From IMG/VR virus record IMGVR_UViG_3300050343_000130: a stretch of DNA of 20,000 bases. The stretch is one strand, 5' to 3'. Below are positions 1 to 8,134 of this stretch, piece after piece; position 1 is the first letter of the stretch, and each line of letters starts with the position of its first letter. A model generated the notes under the pieces. It saw nothing but the letters and a program-made list of their open reading frames with translations, made no database searches and was not told where the DNA came from. A program made the translations under genes and the position numbers. The stretch is from an uncultured virus (IMG/VR IMGVR_UViG_3300050343_000130) (lineage: Duplodnaviria > Heunggongvirae > Uroviricota > Caudoviricetes > Crassvirales).

Positions 1-1
1 A

Positions 2-3000
2 CAATATAAAAATTTATTAAAAAGTAATGTGCTATCTAGCGAAGCTATAGCAAATATAAATTCAAAAGTATTAACAATAGTACGAACGCTTAAATCTAAA
101 TTAAACGAAAAAATTTCTAATAATAGAACCGTTACACCTTTAATCGCTGAGATTAAAAAAGAAATGGGGAAGCAGGCTGATATTGATTTAAAGAAAGCTA
201 TGGGCGGTATTAAAGATAATGCCATACAGAAATTTCTTACTAAAAATAAAAAAGCTATATTAGAAAACATGACCACTACGTGGTTAATGGGTGCTATCCC
301 AAGTGCTGTACAAAAGCAAGTTGATGGAAAGTTTATATCTAATTGGAAAGGCCAAAAAATTGATAGAGAAACCGTTGGAACAGATAATGCGGGTAGAACA
401 TCTGGCGCGGAAATAACACGAAGAAAGCCAAATGTAGCATCAATGCCTGATGCGGAATTCTTAAGTTATTTTATTGCTGACAATAAACTCATTAGAGGCA
501 GGAAAGAATCACTTGCTAAAGCAATGGCTGAAGAAATATCTTTAGAAATATTTAACACTGAGCTACAGAATGAAAATAGCGAGATAAGCAAGGCTTTTGA
601 ACAAAATCAAACATTAAAAGGTGTAGAGCTATTAGACAATTATATAGTAGAAGTTGCTAAACAAACAGAAAGAGGAAATGCTAAGTTTAGCAAATCACTA
701 AGTGCTAACGAGGCTAATATTGTAAAAAGTAAAGCGAATCAATTAAAAAATAAGTTAATAAAAGCTGATGTAAAATTAACTGCCAAAAGATTATTACCAT
801 TTTTAATAGACACGTACCCTGAAATAGACGAAAAAAGATTAAAATCTTTTGCTACAGAAGCTATACAATCTATACAAAGATATATTAAAAAAATTGAAAT
901 AACCGATAAAGTTGATTTTGGTAATTTTATTTTTGAAGGGATGTCTTTAAAAGAAAGCAATAGTAATTTATTAAAGTTTTTTGGATTTTTAAAAAATGAT
1001 GTAGAGTCTTTAGGTGCGTTGTTTAATAACCCTGATCTTATAGCAGAACAAAGGGGTCTTGAGCTTTCTTATAATACTAATTTAATTTTAAAAGAAGGCG
1101 CTGATGGATTAATAAAAATATTAAGATGGGGAAGGGGCCATAATGTTACTTCAGGAAAAATTGGTGGTGGTAGAAATCAAATTTATGCAGGCAACCCCGA
1201 TTATTTAGATAATAATTTAAATAATATACCAGATGTTGAAGTAGTTTATAAAAAAGGCAAATCAACTTCTATTAAAGCTGTTTTCTATAAAGGTATTGAA
1301 GTAGAAAAATGGAAAGAAAGGATACAATCCCCAGCCCAAAAACCCGCAGGTGGAATAGAAGGCTTTAGAAAGGATTCTCAAATTAGAGAAGATGCTGCAA
1401 GAGAAGCGTGGACTTACTTAACGGACTATCTACAACACGTAAAAGATAACGGCTCTAAAATAAACTGGGTCATGACTATGATGAGTTTGAAATCGAACAT
1501 GTCATCCGTCCTTAAAGCGGCGGCTCCTGTTAAGTATTACTTTAACGGTAATTACAAAGGGCCATTAAGGTATGAGCATATGATACCTACCGAATACATG
1601 GTGCTAAAACTTACCGACTATTATTATAATGGCAAAAGCTTTGATTTAAATACCTTAAGGGACAAGTATAATGTTGCTATTATTCCTGTAATAATGGACA
1701 ATAATTTTAACGTTCTTACTCAGTCTCAAATGAACAGTTCGTTTGATCCAATGGTTGATTCCGAAGTTGATAGATATTTTAATGAAAACACCTATGGATA
1801 TCCTAATATGTTTCCTATAGAATCTTTAACCGGAGAAACTAAGGGTAATATTGAGGGTGAAACTTGGGTAAAATTTAACAACGTTTTAAAGCCACAGGCT
1901 GCGAAAATGTCTAAGTCAATGCGTATAGCAGATAAGGCTATGAACGCTGCTAGAATGCCAGACTACGGAGTAAACCCAAAAGGAATTAGTGTTTATGACT
2001 TTGACGATACTTTAGCTTTTAGTAAAAGTAAAATTATTGTAACTATGCCCGACGGTAAAGTTACTAAGATCACACCTGCTGAATTTGCAGCTAAAGACGA
2101 AATACTTTCAGAACAAGGAGCGTCTTTTGATTTTAGTGAATTTAACAAAGTTGTTCAAGGTACTAAAGGGCCATTAGCAGCTAGACTAGAAAAAGCAATA
2201 AAGAAATTCGGCAATAAAAATATATATGTTTTAACTGCTAGGCCACAAGCGTCAGCACCTGCTATATACGAATTTTTAAAAGGTATTGGTTTAGAAATAC
2301 CATTAGAAAATATAACTGGATTACAAGACGGAAGACCTTCTGCTAAAGCTGACTGGATGATTGAGAAATTTTCAGAAGGTTACAATGATTTTTATTTTGT
2401 AGATGATGCATATAAAAATGTTAAAGCGGTGCAAGATGTGTTAAGTGTTTTAGATGTGAAGTCTAAAGTGCAGCAAGCTAGAGCAAAATTCAGTAGATCA
2501 TTAAGTTCTGAGTTTAATAAAATGATTGAACGTAACAAAGGTGTTACTGCTGAAGCTCAATTTTCAAATGCTGTTGCTAAAAGAAGAGGAGCTAATATTG
2601 GTAAATACAAATGGTTTATACCATCGTCGGCTGATGACTTTAGAGGATTGACACAATATACTTTTGCAGGTAAAGGAAAACAAGGTGAAGCAGATCAAGC
2701 GTTTTTTGAAAAAGCTTTAATGGATCCCTACTTCGCGGGAATATCTGCTATTGAATCATCGAGACAGATGATGAAAAATGCTTATGCTAATTTGTTAAAA
2801 CAAATGAAGCCAGTAAGAAAGAAGCTTAATAAATTAATACCTGATACAAGCTATACTTATGATCAAGCTATAAGGGTTTATTTATGGAACAAAGCAGGAT
2901 ACGATATTCCAGGTTTATCTAAAAGAGATTTAAAAAAGTTACTTAGTATAATTAATAATGACTCGGATTTATCGGCGTTCGCTGATGGGGCTTTGTTATC

Positions 3001-4585
3001 TTCTAAGCAAGATCAATGGTCCGAACCCTCTGAGCACTGGCAAGCTGGGACTATACTTAAAGATTTAAATGAGTTAACTGAAAAAGTAAATAGAAAAGAA
3101 TACTTAGGTGAGTTTATAGCTAATTCAGAAATATTATTCAGTCCTGAGAACATGAACAAAATTGAAGCTTTATATGGATCTAGACATAGGGAGGCTTTAG
3201 AGGATGCACTATATAGAATGCGTAATGGGACTAATAGACCATCGGGTGGCAATAGATTAACAAACGCGTGGAATAACTGGGTTAATAATTCTGTAGGTAC
3301 TATTATGTTCTTCAATAGAAGATCGGCTTTATTACAGTTATTATCAACAGTAAACTTTATAAATTGGTCTGATAATAATCCGTTAAAAGCTAGTATAGCT
3401 TTTGCTAATCAGCCACAATACTGGAAAGATTGGGTTAGAATATTTAATTCTGATAAACTAAAGCAAAGACGTGGTGGTTTAAAATCAGATATACAAGAGC
3501 AAGAGATAGCGAGTCAGGCTAAAAACTCTAAAGATAAGTCATCAGCTATAATAGCTTACTTATTAAAAATAGGTTTTACGCCAACACAAATTGCAGATAG
3601 TATGGCCATCGCAACAGGTGGAGCAACGTTTTATAGAAATAGAATAAACACGTACCTTAAACAAGATATGTCAAAAGAAGAAGCTGAAGCAAAAGCTTGG
3701 GCAGACTTTAGTAAAATATCAGACGAAGCACAGCAATCGGGTGACCCGGCTTTAGTATCTCAACAGCAAGCTAGTGTCCTAGGTAGATTAGTGTTAGCTT
3801 TCCAAAATACACCTATGCAATATACTAGGTTAATGAAAAAAGCTGGGCTTGACATTATAAACAGACGTGGTGATTTTAAAACAAATTTTAGTAAAATAAT
3901 ATATTACGGTGCTGTTCAAAACTTTATATTCTCAGCGTTGCAGAATGCATTGTTTGCTATGATTCCTGGGTTTGATGATGAAGAAGAAACTGAAGAAGAT
4001 AAGAAAAAGAAAGAAAACCAAAAGACTGGCAGAATAATACATAGTATGGTAGATACTATATTAAGAGGATCTGGTTTAGCCGGAGCAGTTGCAACTACCA
4101 CTAAAAATACTATTAGAAAATTTTTAGAGCAAGAAGAAAAAGGTTTTACCGCAGATCATACCTACACTATTATTGAAGCGGCTAACATATCACCACCTAT
4201 AGGATCTAAATTAAGAAAACTATACGGAGCAATACAAACATGGAAGTTTGATAAAGACGTTGTTAAGGAAAGAGGTTTTGATGTTACTTTAAATGGTAAA
4301 TTAAACATTAGCCCAACATACAATATAATAGGTAATCTGTCATCTGCTTTAGTAAACTTACCGCTTGATAGAGCTTTAATGGAAGTTGAAGGTATTGTTG
4401 AAGCGTTAGATGAAAGAAATACTTTATACCAAAGAATAGCTTTAGCTTTAGGTTGGAGAACTTGGGGTGTGGGTGCTAAAAATGAAGAAGAAGATCTTAT
4501 AAAGGATGCTGCTAAAGCAAAAAGAAAAGAAGAAGGAAAATTAAAAGCAAAAGAAACTAGAAGAGTTAATAAAGATGCTTTATAA
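2..4585 (+). CDS. Giant multidomain virion/ejection (polyvalent-like) protein, 5'-truncated; contains an HNH-like module and a HAD phosphatase domain
   Basis: Frame is open from base 2 (CAA TAT AAA...), so the GTG at 29 is not a true start; >1500 aa. Lies upstream of lysis genes in the late-strand block. HAD motifs DFDDTL / LTAR / K / FVDD at ~1980-2470; YEHMIP motif at 1571-1588; helical C-terminal region with hydrophobic segments. Confidence 0.75.
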   Translation, partial: QYKNLLKSNVLSSEAIANINSKVLTIVRTLKSKLNEKISNNRTVTPLIAEIKKEMGKQADIDLKKAMGGIKDNAIQKFLTKNKKAILENMTTTWLMGAIPSAVQKQVDGKFISNWKGQKIDRETVGTDNAGRTSGAEITRRKPNVASMPDAEFLSYFIADNKLIRGRKESLAKAMAEEISLEIFNTELQNENSEISKAFEQNQTLKGVELLDNYIVEVAKQTERGNAKFSKSLSANEANIVKSKANQLKNKLIKADVKLTAKRLLPFLIDTYPEIDEKRLKSFATEAIQSIQRYIKKIEITDKVDFGNFIFEGMSLKESNSNLLKFFGFLKNDVESLGALFNNPDLIAEQRGLELSYNTNLILKEGADGLIKILRWGRGHNVTSGKIGGGRNQIYAGNPDYLDNNLNNIPDVEVVYKKGKSTSIKAVFYKGIEVEKWKERIQSPAQKPAGGIEGFRKDSQIREDAAREAWTYLTDYLQHVKDNGSKINWVMTMMSLKSNMSSVLKAAAPVKYYFNGNYKGPLRYEHMIPTEYMVLKLTDYYYNGKSFDLNTLRDKYNVAIIPVIMDNNFNVLTQSQMNSSFDPMVDSEVDRYFNENTYGYPNMFPIESLTGETKGNIEGETWVKFNNVLKPQAAKMSKSMRIADKAMNAARMPDYGVNPKGISVYDFDDTLAFSKSKIIVTMPDGKVTKITPAEFAAKDEILSEQGASFDFSEFNKVVQGTKGPLAARLEKAIKKFGNKNIYVLTARPQASAPAIYEFLKGIGLEIPLENITGLQDGRPSAKADWMIEKFSEGYNDFYFVDDAYKNVKAVQDVLSVLDVKSKVQQARAKFSRSLSSEFNKMIERNKGVTAEAQFSNAVAKRRGANIGKYKWFIPSSADDFRGLTQYTFAGKGKQGEADQAFFEKALMDPYFAGISAIESSRQMMKNAYANLLKQMKPVRKKLNKLIPDTSYTYDQAIRVYLWNKAGYDIPGLSKRDLKKLLSIINNDSDLSAFADGALLSSKQDQWSEPSEHWQAGTILKDLNELTEKVNRKEYLGEFIANSEILFSPENMNKIEALYGSRHREALEDALYRMRNGTNRPSGGNRLTNAWNNWVNNSVGTIMFFNRRSALLQLLSTVNFINWSDNNPLKASIAFANQPQYWKDWVRIFNSDKLKQRRGGLKSDIQEQEIASQAKNSKDKSSAIIAYLLKIGFTPTQIADSMAIATGGATFYRNRINTYLKQDMSKEEAEAKAWADFSKISDEAQQSGDPALVSQQQASVLGRLVLAFQNTPMQYTRLMKKAGLDIINRRGDFKTNFSKIIYYGAVQNFIFSALQNALFAMIPGFDDEEETEEDKKKKENQKTGRIIHSMVDTILRGSGLAGAVATTTKNTIRKFLEQEEKGFTADHTYTIIEAANISPPIGSKLRKLYGAIQTWKFDKDVVKERGFDVTLNGKLNISPTYNIIGNLSSALVNLPLDRALMEVEGIVEALDERNTLYQRIALALGWRTWGVGAKNEEEDLIKDAAKAKRKEEGKLKAKETRRVNKDAL

Positions 4586-4688
4586 AACTTGAATTAGAAA
4601 TAGATGGTGATAATTTTATTGAGTATTATGAATGGAAAAAAGGTAAAAGTATCAAAGATAAAATAGAATGGCTTAAATCAAAAAAATA

Positions 4689-4997
4689 ATGAACGAACCA
4701 ATTACAATTAGAGTACGAAAAGCTAGAAGCAACGTAAAAGCACCAGAGGGTATGGAAATATCCATGAATGCAGATGGCAGTGGTGGTGCTGTCCCAGAAA
4801 AAAATCCATCACCTGCTAAAAAAATTGGACCTCAAGGCTTAGGCGTTAAAGGCAACAATGGGTATAGTATAGGATCACCGGCTAAAGCAAAAGATGCATG
4901 CTACCATAAAGCGAAAGCAAAGTATGATGTATTCCCTTCTGCTTATGCATCGGGATATATAGCTAAGTGCAGAAAAAAGAAAGGTAATATAAAATAG
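4689..4997 (+). CDS. Small basic protein resembling the N-terminal half of DUF5872-type proteins (PSAYASG motif)
   Basis: 102 aa, Lys-rich, KAKAKYDVFPSAYASGYIAKC motif, two SPAK motifs. Family resemblance recognised from memory. Confidence 0.6.
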   Translation: MNEPITIRVRKARSNVKAPEGMEISMNADGSGGAVPEKNPSPAKKIGPQGLGVKGNNGYSIGSPAKAKDACYHKAKAKYDVFPSAYASGYIAKCRKKKGNIK

Positions 4998-4998
4998 T

Positions 4999-5256
4999 AT
5001 GGCTTTTAAAATGAACTCACCTTTGAAAGTTAAGAAAACTAAAAAGGGCGCATCACTTAGGCGTTGGTTTAAAGAAGAATGGAAAACACCAAAGGGGAAA
5101 GAAGATTACACAGACGGCGAAAATACTTTTAGACCAACTAAAAGAGTGACAAAAGATACACCAGCAACTTGGAACGAATTAACTCCTGCTGAAAAAGCAA
5201 GAGGTCAAAAAGAAAAAAATACTAAAGGTAGAGTTAGTAGATATAAAAAAAAATAA
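4999..5256 (+). CDS. Small basic protein resembling the C-terminal half of DUF5872-type proteins (LRRWFKEEW...RPTKRV..DTPAT motif)
   Basis: 85 aa, very basic, starts MAFKMNSPLK, 1 nt after the previous stop. Confidence 0.6.
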   Translation: MAFKMNSPLKVKKTKKGASLRRWFKEEWKTPKGKEDYTDGENTFRPTKRVTKDTPATWNELTPAEKARGQKEKNTKGRVSRYKKK

Positions 5257-5257
5257 A

Positions 5258-5428
5258 ATGACTATAGACGACGCAAAATTGTACGCATTAAACACAACAA
5301 CACTTGGGGCAACAACTTTTATGCATTTCGAAGACGCTTTAAAAATAATACTATTGCTAGTAACTATAGGTTATACAATATCAAAATGGATTGGTGTTAA
5401 GAAAGATAAAAAGAAATGCGACAAATAA
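5258..5428 (+). CDS. Putative holin / small membrane protein (56 aa; not in supplied ORF track)
   Basis: MTIDDAKLYALNTTTLGATTFMHFEDALKIILLLVTIGYTISKWIGVKKDKKKCDK: hydrophobic helix followed by a highly basic tail. Fills the gap exactly and overlaps the amidase start. Confidence 0.65.
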   Translation: MTIDDAKLYALNTTTLGATTFMHFEDALKIILLLVTIGYTISKWIGVKKDKKKCDK

Positions 5429-5841
5429 ATAAACTAATAGTACACTGTTCCGCTACACAAGAAGGTAGAGAATTAGATGCGGCTGAAATAAATCGGTGGC
5501 ATTTAAAAAGAGGTTGGAAAGGCATAGGGTATCATTATGTTATTTTGTTAGATGGTACCATAGAATATGGTCGCAACATATATGAGCAAGGTGCTCACGT
5601 TAAAAATCATAATAAAGGATCAATAGGAATTTGTTATATTGGAGGTGTTGAATCAGAACGTGGCTCTAATGGTAAATGGATTGCTAAGGATACTAGAACA
5701 CCAGAACAAAAAGAAAGCTTATTATTATTGCTTAAAACATTAAAGAAGATGCATCCGGATGCCACGATACATGGCCACAACGAATTTGCCGCGAAAAGTT
5801 GCCCGTGCTTTGATGCAAAAGAAGAATATTGTAATATATAA
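5416..5841 (+). CDS. N-acetylmuramoyl-L-alanine amidase endolysin (Amidase_2, T7 lysozyme-like)
   Basis: LIVHCSAT, IGYHYVI, GAHVKNHN, SIGICYIGG, HGHNEFAAKSCPCF Zn-amidase motifs. Confidence 0.93.
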   Translation: MRQINKLIVHCSATQEGRELDAAEINRWHLKRGWKGIGYHYVILLDGTIEYGRNIYEQGAHVKNHNKGSIGICYIGGVESERGSNGKWIAKDTRTPEQKESLLLLLKTLKKMHPDATIHGHNEFAAKSCPCFDAKEEYCNI

Positions 5842-5875
5842 AAAAAAAAGGAGGCTAACTACAACCTCCCTTTTT
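5842..5875. terminator. Bidirectional rho-independent terminator between convergent late and early/middle operons
   Basis: A-run, then GGAGG (5850-5854), 10-nt loop, CCTCC (5865-5869), then C-TTTTT; U-tracts on both strands. Confidence 0.75.
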
Positions 5876-5877
5876 CC

Positions 5878-5903
5878 AACTAACTAACTAACTAACTAAC
5901 TAA
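5878..5903. repeat. (AACT)n tetranucleotide tandem repeat, about 6.5 copies
   Basis: aactaactaactaactaactaactaa seen directly. Confidence 0.9.
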
Positions 5904-5974
5904 TACATATAAATTATTGAATTTTTTATACACATTAGTTTTTATATGTATAAAAAAGTCATAACTTCTATCCT

Positions 5975-7699
5975 TTAGCCATCGCATGCAAGACAATCTT
6001 CATTCATTGCTTGCTGTGCAATATCTCCACGCAAGACAGACTCTGTCCTCGTATAATATAAAGTTTTAACCCCTCGTTTCCACGCTTCAAAATGAACTTT
6101 GTTAATCCATTTTGGTGTTGCAATGCTCGGGAACGCTAAATTTAAACTAACCGACTGATCTACATACTGCTGTCTCAGTCCAGCTTGATTGATTAATTCT
6201 AATTGATTTATTTCCTTAAAAGTCTTAAACACTTCCTTAGCAGGAATATCATGTCCGATTGTAATATCACTAAGTTCAGATATATTTTGAACAGACCCTC
6301 CATCAGCCAATATCTTATCCCATATTTCATTTGTATTTATTTTAAGTTTTTTCAATAGCTTAACTAGTGTCGGGTTTTTCCTAATGAAAGTCCCCTTCGC
6401 ACTCTGTTCTGTAAAAACATTCGCAGCCCACGGTTCAATACCTGGCGAAACATTTCCACTAAGCTTGCTATTACTAACAGTAGGAGCAATAGCACGTAAA
6501 TGAGTATTGCGCATACCAGTTCCAGCACACCACAAAGGTTCGCCGTATGTCTCTGCAAGATCCATTGAAGCTCTTTCGCTTTCAATTTTAACTTGTGAAA
6601 ATATTTTCCTAGTTTCAAACTGAGCAAGCAAACCTTCAAAAGGTATTCCCTTTTCTTGGAGATACGTGTGCCATCCCAAGACACCCAACCCAAGCGCTCG
6701 TCCTTTCTGAGCAGAACGAATGGCATTTTCAAAACCTCTAAGTCCTTTTGCTCTTTGAATAAATTCCTCCATAACGCCATCAAGAAACCATATAGAGTCG
6801 TATATAAGGTTTGTGTTTTTCCACTCTTCATATTTTGCTAAATTTAATGATGATAAGCAACAAACAAAACTGTGATTTTCATCTGTATGTAAAGTAATCT
6901 CAGAACATATATTGGTCATATGAACTTTGAGACCGTTATCTTTGTATGCTGCTGGGTTATTTTTGTTTGTATTTCCCTTAAATAAAATATAAGGCTCTCC
7001 AGTTGCTTTTCGCTTTTGTAATAATTTTGACCATCTCTTTCTTGCATCTTTATCACCTCCTTCAACTCTTCGCATGAACTTGTCGCCGACCACAGCGCAC
7101 TGGTGTAGGTTGAGGGACTGACGATTAACGTCTCCTTTAGGTTCTCTAATTTCGATCCAGTCTTCGAAATCGGCATGCTCAATATTGATGTTAACTGAAG
7201 CAGCTCCTCGTCGGACAGATCCTTGATTAGTGGCGAGTATTGTTGAATCGTAAATCTTACAAAACGGCACAACTCCATCAGATGTTCCATTTCCTGTTAT
7301 TTTAGCGCCAGCGGGTCTTATTTGATTTATACCGATACCAACTCCACCGCCGTGCTTAGCGAGTAGCATCATCTCTAGATTCTTTTGTCCTATGTCTTGT
7401 ATACTATCAGCCACATCAATACCAAAGCAACTAATAGGCAAGCCGCGATCAGTACCTGTATTAGATAATACTGGACTAGCGAGACATAACCAACCATTCC
7501 AAATGTACTCGAAGAAAGTTTCTGCCATTTCTGGTTTATATAATCTACGAGCAACCGTCTTAGCGACTCTTTGGTATGCTTCTTTAGGCGTTTCTCCGTT
7601 GAATAAATATCCCCCGGATATAGTCTTCTTGTATACGTCGTTATTACCCCACGCAGGGTAATCTTCTCCTTTTTTCCAATCATCATTCCACATTTGCAT
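5975..7699 (-). CDS. nrdA: Ribonucleotide reductase class I alpha subunit, compact, no ATP cone (start may be ATG at 7693)
   Basis: PISCF, TNICSEI (N-x-C-x-E), FVCCLSSLNL, IAPTVSNS, DQSVSLN, KTLYY and C-terminal CLAC motifs. Confidence 0.95.
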   Translation of the reverse strand: MQMWNDDWKKGEDYPAWGNNDVYKKTISGGYLFNGETPKEAYQRVAKTVARRLYKPEMAETFFEYIWNGWLCLASPVLSNTGTDRGLPISCFGIDVADSIQDIGQKNLEMMLLAKHGGGVGIGINQIRPAGAKITGNGTSDGVVPFCKIYDSTILATNQGSVRRGAASVNINIEHADFEDWIEIREPKGDVNRQSLNLHQCAVVGDKFMRRVEGGDKDARKRWSKLLQKRKATGEPYILFKGNTNKNNPAAYKDNGLKVHMTNICSEITLHTDENHSFVCCLSSLNLAKYEEWKNTNLIYDSIWFLDGVMEEFIQRAKGLRGFENAIRSAQKGRALGLGVLGWHTYLQEKGIPFEGLLAQFETRKIFSQVKIESERASMDLAETYGEPLWCAGTGMRNTHLRAIAPTVSNSKLSGNVSPGIEPWAANVFTEQSAKGTFIRKNPTLVKLLKKLKINTNEIWDKILADGGSVQNISELSDITIGHDIPAKEVFKTFKEINQLELINQAGLRQQYVDQSVSLNLAFPSIATPKWINKVHFEAWKRGVKTLYYTRTESVLRGDIAQQAMNEDCLACDG

Positions 7700-7886
7700 C
7701 AGGTTGTTTTTGTTGTTCTTCTAATAACTTAGCTATAGCTTCTTCATATCCAGGCATTCTTTTAACTGTCTCTAATAAACCTTGAGCCAGTGTATTAACG
7801 TGCATTATGCCTTGTGTATTATTGTGCATTCCTTGAACTATCTTGCCCATGTCATGCTTCATATTAATTAACGTTTTTTCTTTCAT
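7683..7886 (-). CDS. Hypothetical helical protein (67 aa, MKEKTLINM...)
   Basis: ATG at 7886 overlaps the upstream TGA (ATGA coupling). The supplied 98-aa version overlaps the upstream gene and is probably over-extended. Confidence 0.6.
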   Translation of the reverse strand: MKEKTLINMKHDMGKIVQGMHNNTQGIMHVNTLAQGLLETVKRMPGYEEAIAKLLEEQQKQPDANVE

Positions 7887-8134
7887 TTCATAAAATGTGT
7901 TATCCAGGCTATTAACCCGTTTAAATTTAAAGTAACTAGATTCCATTGTTTCCTCGAGGCTGTCTGTACCATTACGCATATAAAACCAATTATATAAAGC
8001 GATGGTTCAATTGTCCATTGTGCTGCTATCAGGAAGCCTGCTCCCATATAACCTATACGGGATGCAAACTTTTGATATGATGTTAACTTATTTGTATAAG
8101 CTAACAGCTTAAGTAATTTTCTTTTTGTTACCAT
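7883..8134 (-). CDS. Small membrane protein with 2-3 TM helices
   Basis: IGYMGAGFLIAAQW / SLYIIGFICVMVQTA / WNLVTLNLNGLIAWI hydrophobic segments; overlaps the nrdB stop. Confidence 0.65.
   Translation of the reverse strand: MVTKRKLLKLLAYTNKLTSYQKFASRIGYMGAGFLIAAQWTIEPSLYIIGFICVMVQTASRKQWNLVTLNLNGLIAWITHFMK

Noticed and set aside
1997..2014. DFDDT as an RNA polymerase DxDGD-type catalytic motif (crAss-like virion RNAP)
   Set aside because: Context (hydrophobic strand-DxDxTL, later LTAR and FVDD) fits HAD, not a double-psi barrel polymerase.
739..4101. Antisense ORFs within the giant gene (739-960, 3013-3315, 3916-4101)
   Set aside because: Shadow ORFs of a strongly coding frame; no independent support.
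5878..5957. CRISPR array or mini-array
   Set aside because: Only a 4-nt tandem repeat and AT-rich inverted repeats; no repeat-spacer periodicity and no cas genes.
6364..7686. Three same-strand alternate-frame ORFs inside nrdA (6364-6831, 6916-7290, 7390-7686)
   Set aside because: nrdA is intact with all motifs; these products have Leu/Lys-rich off-frame composition and no recognisable motifs.
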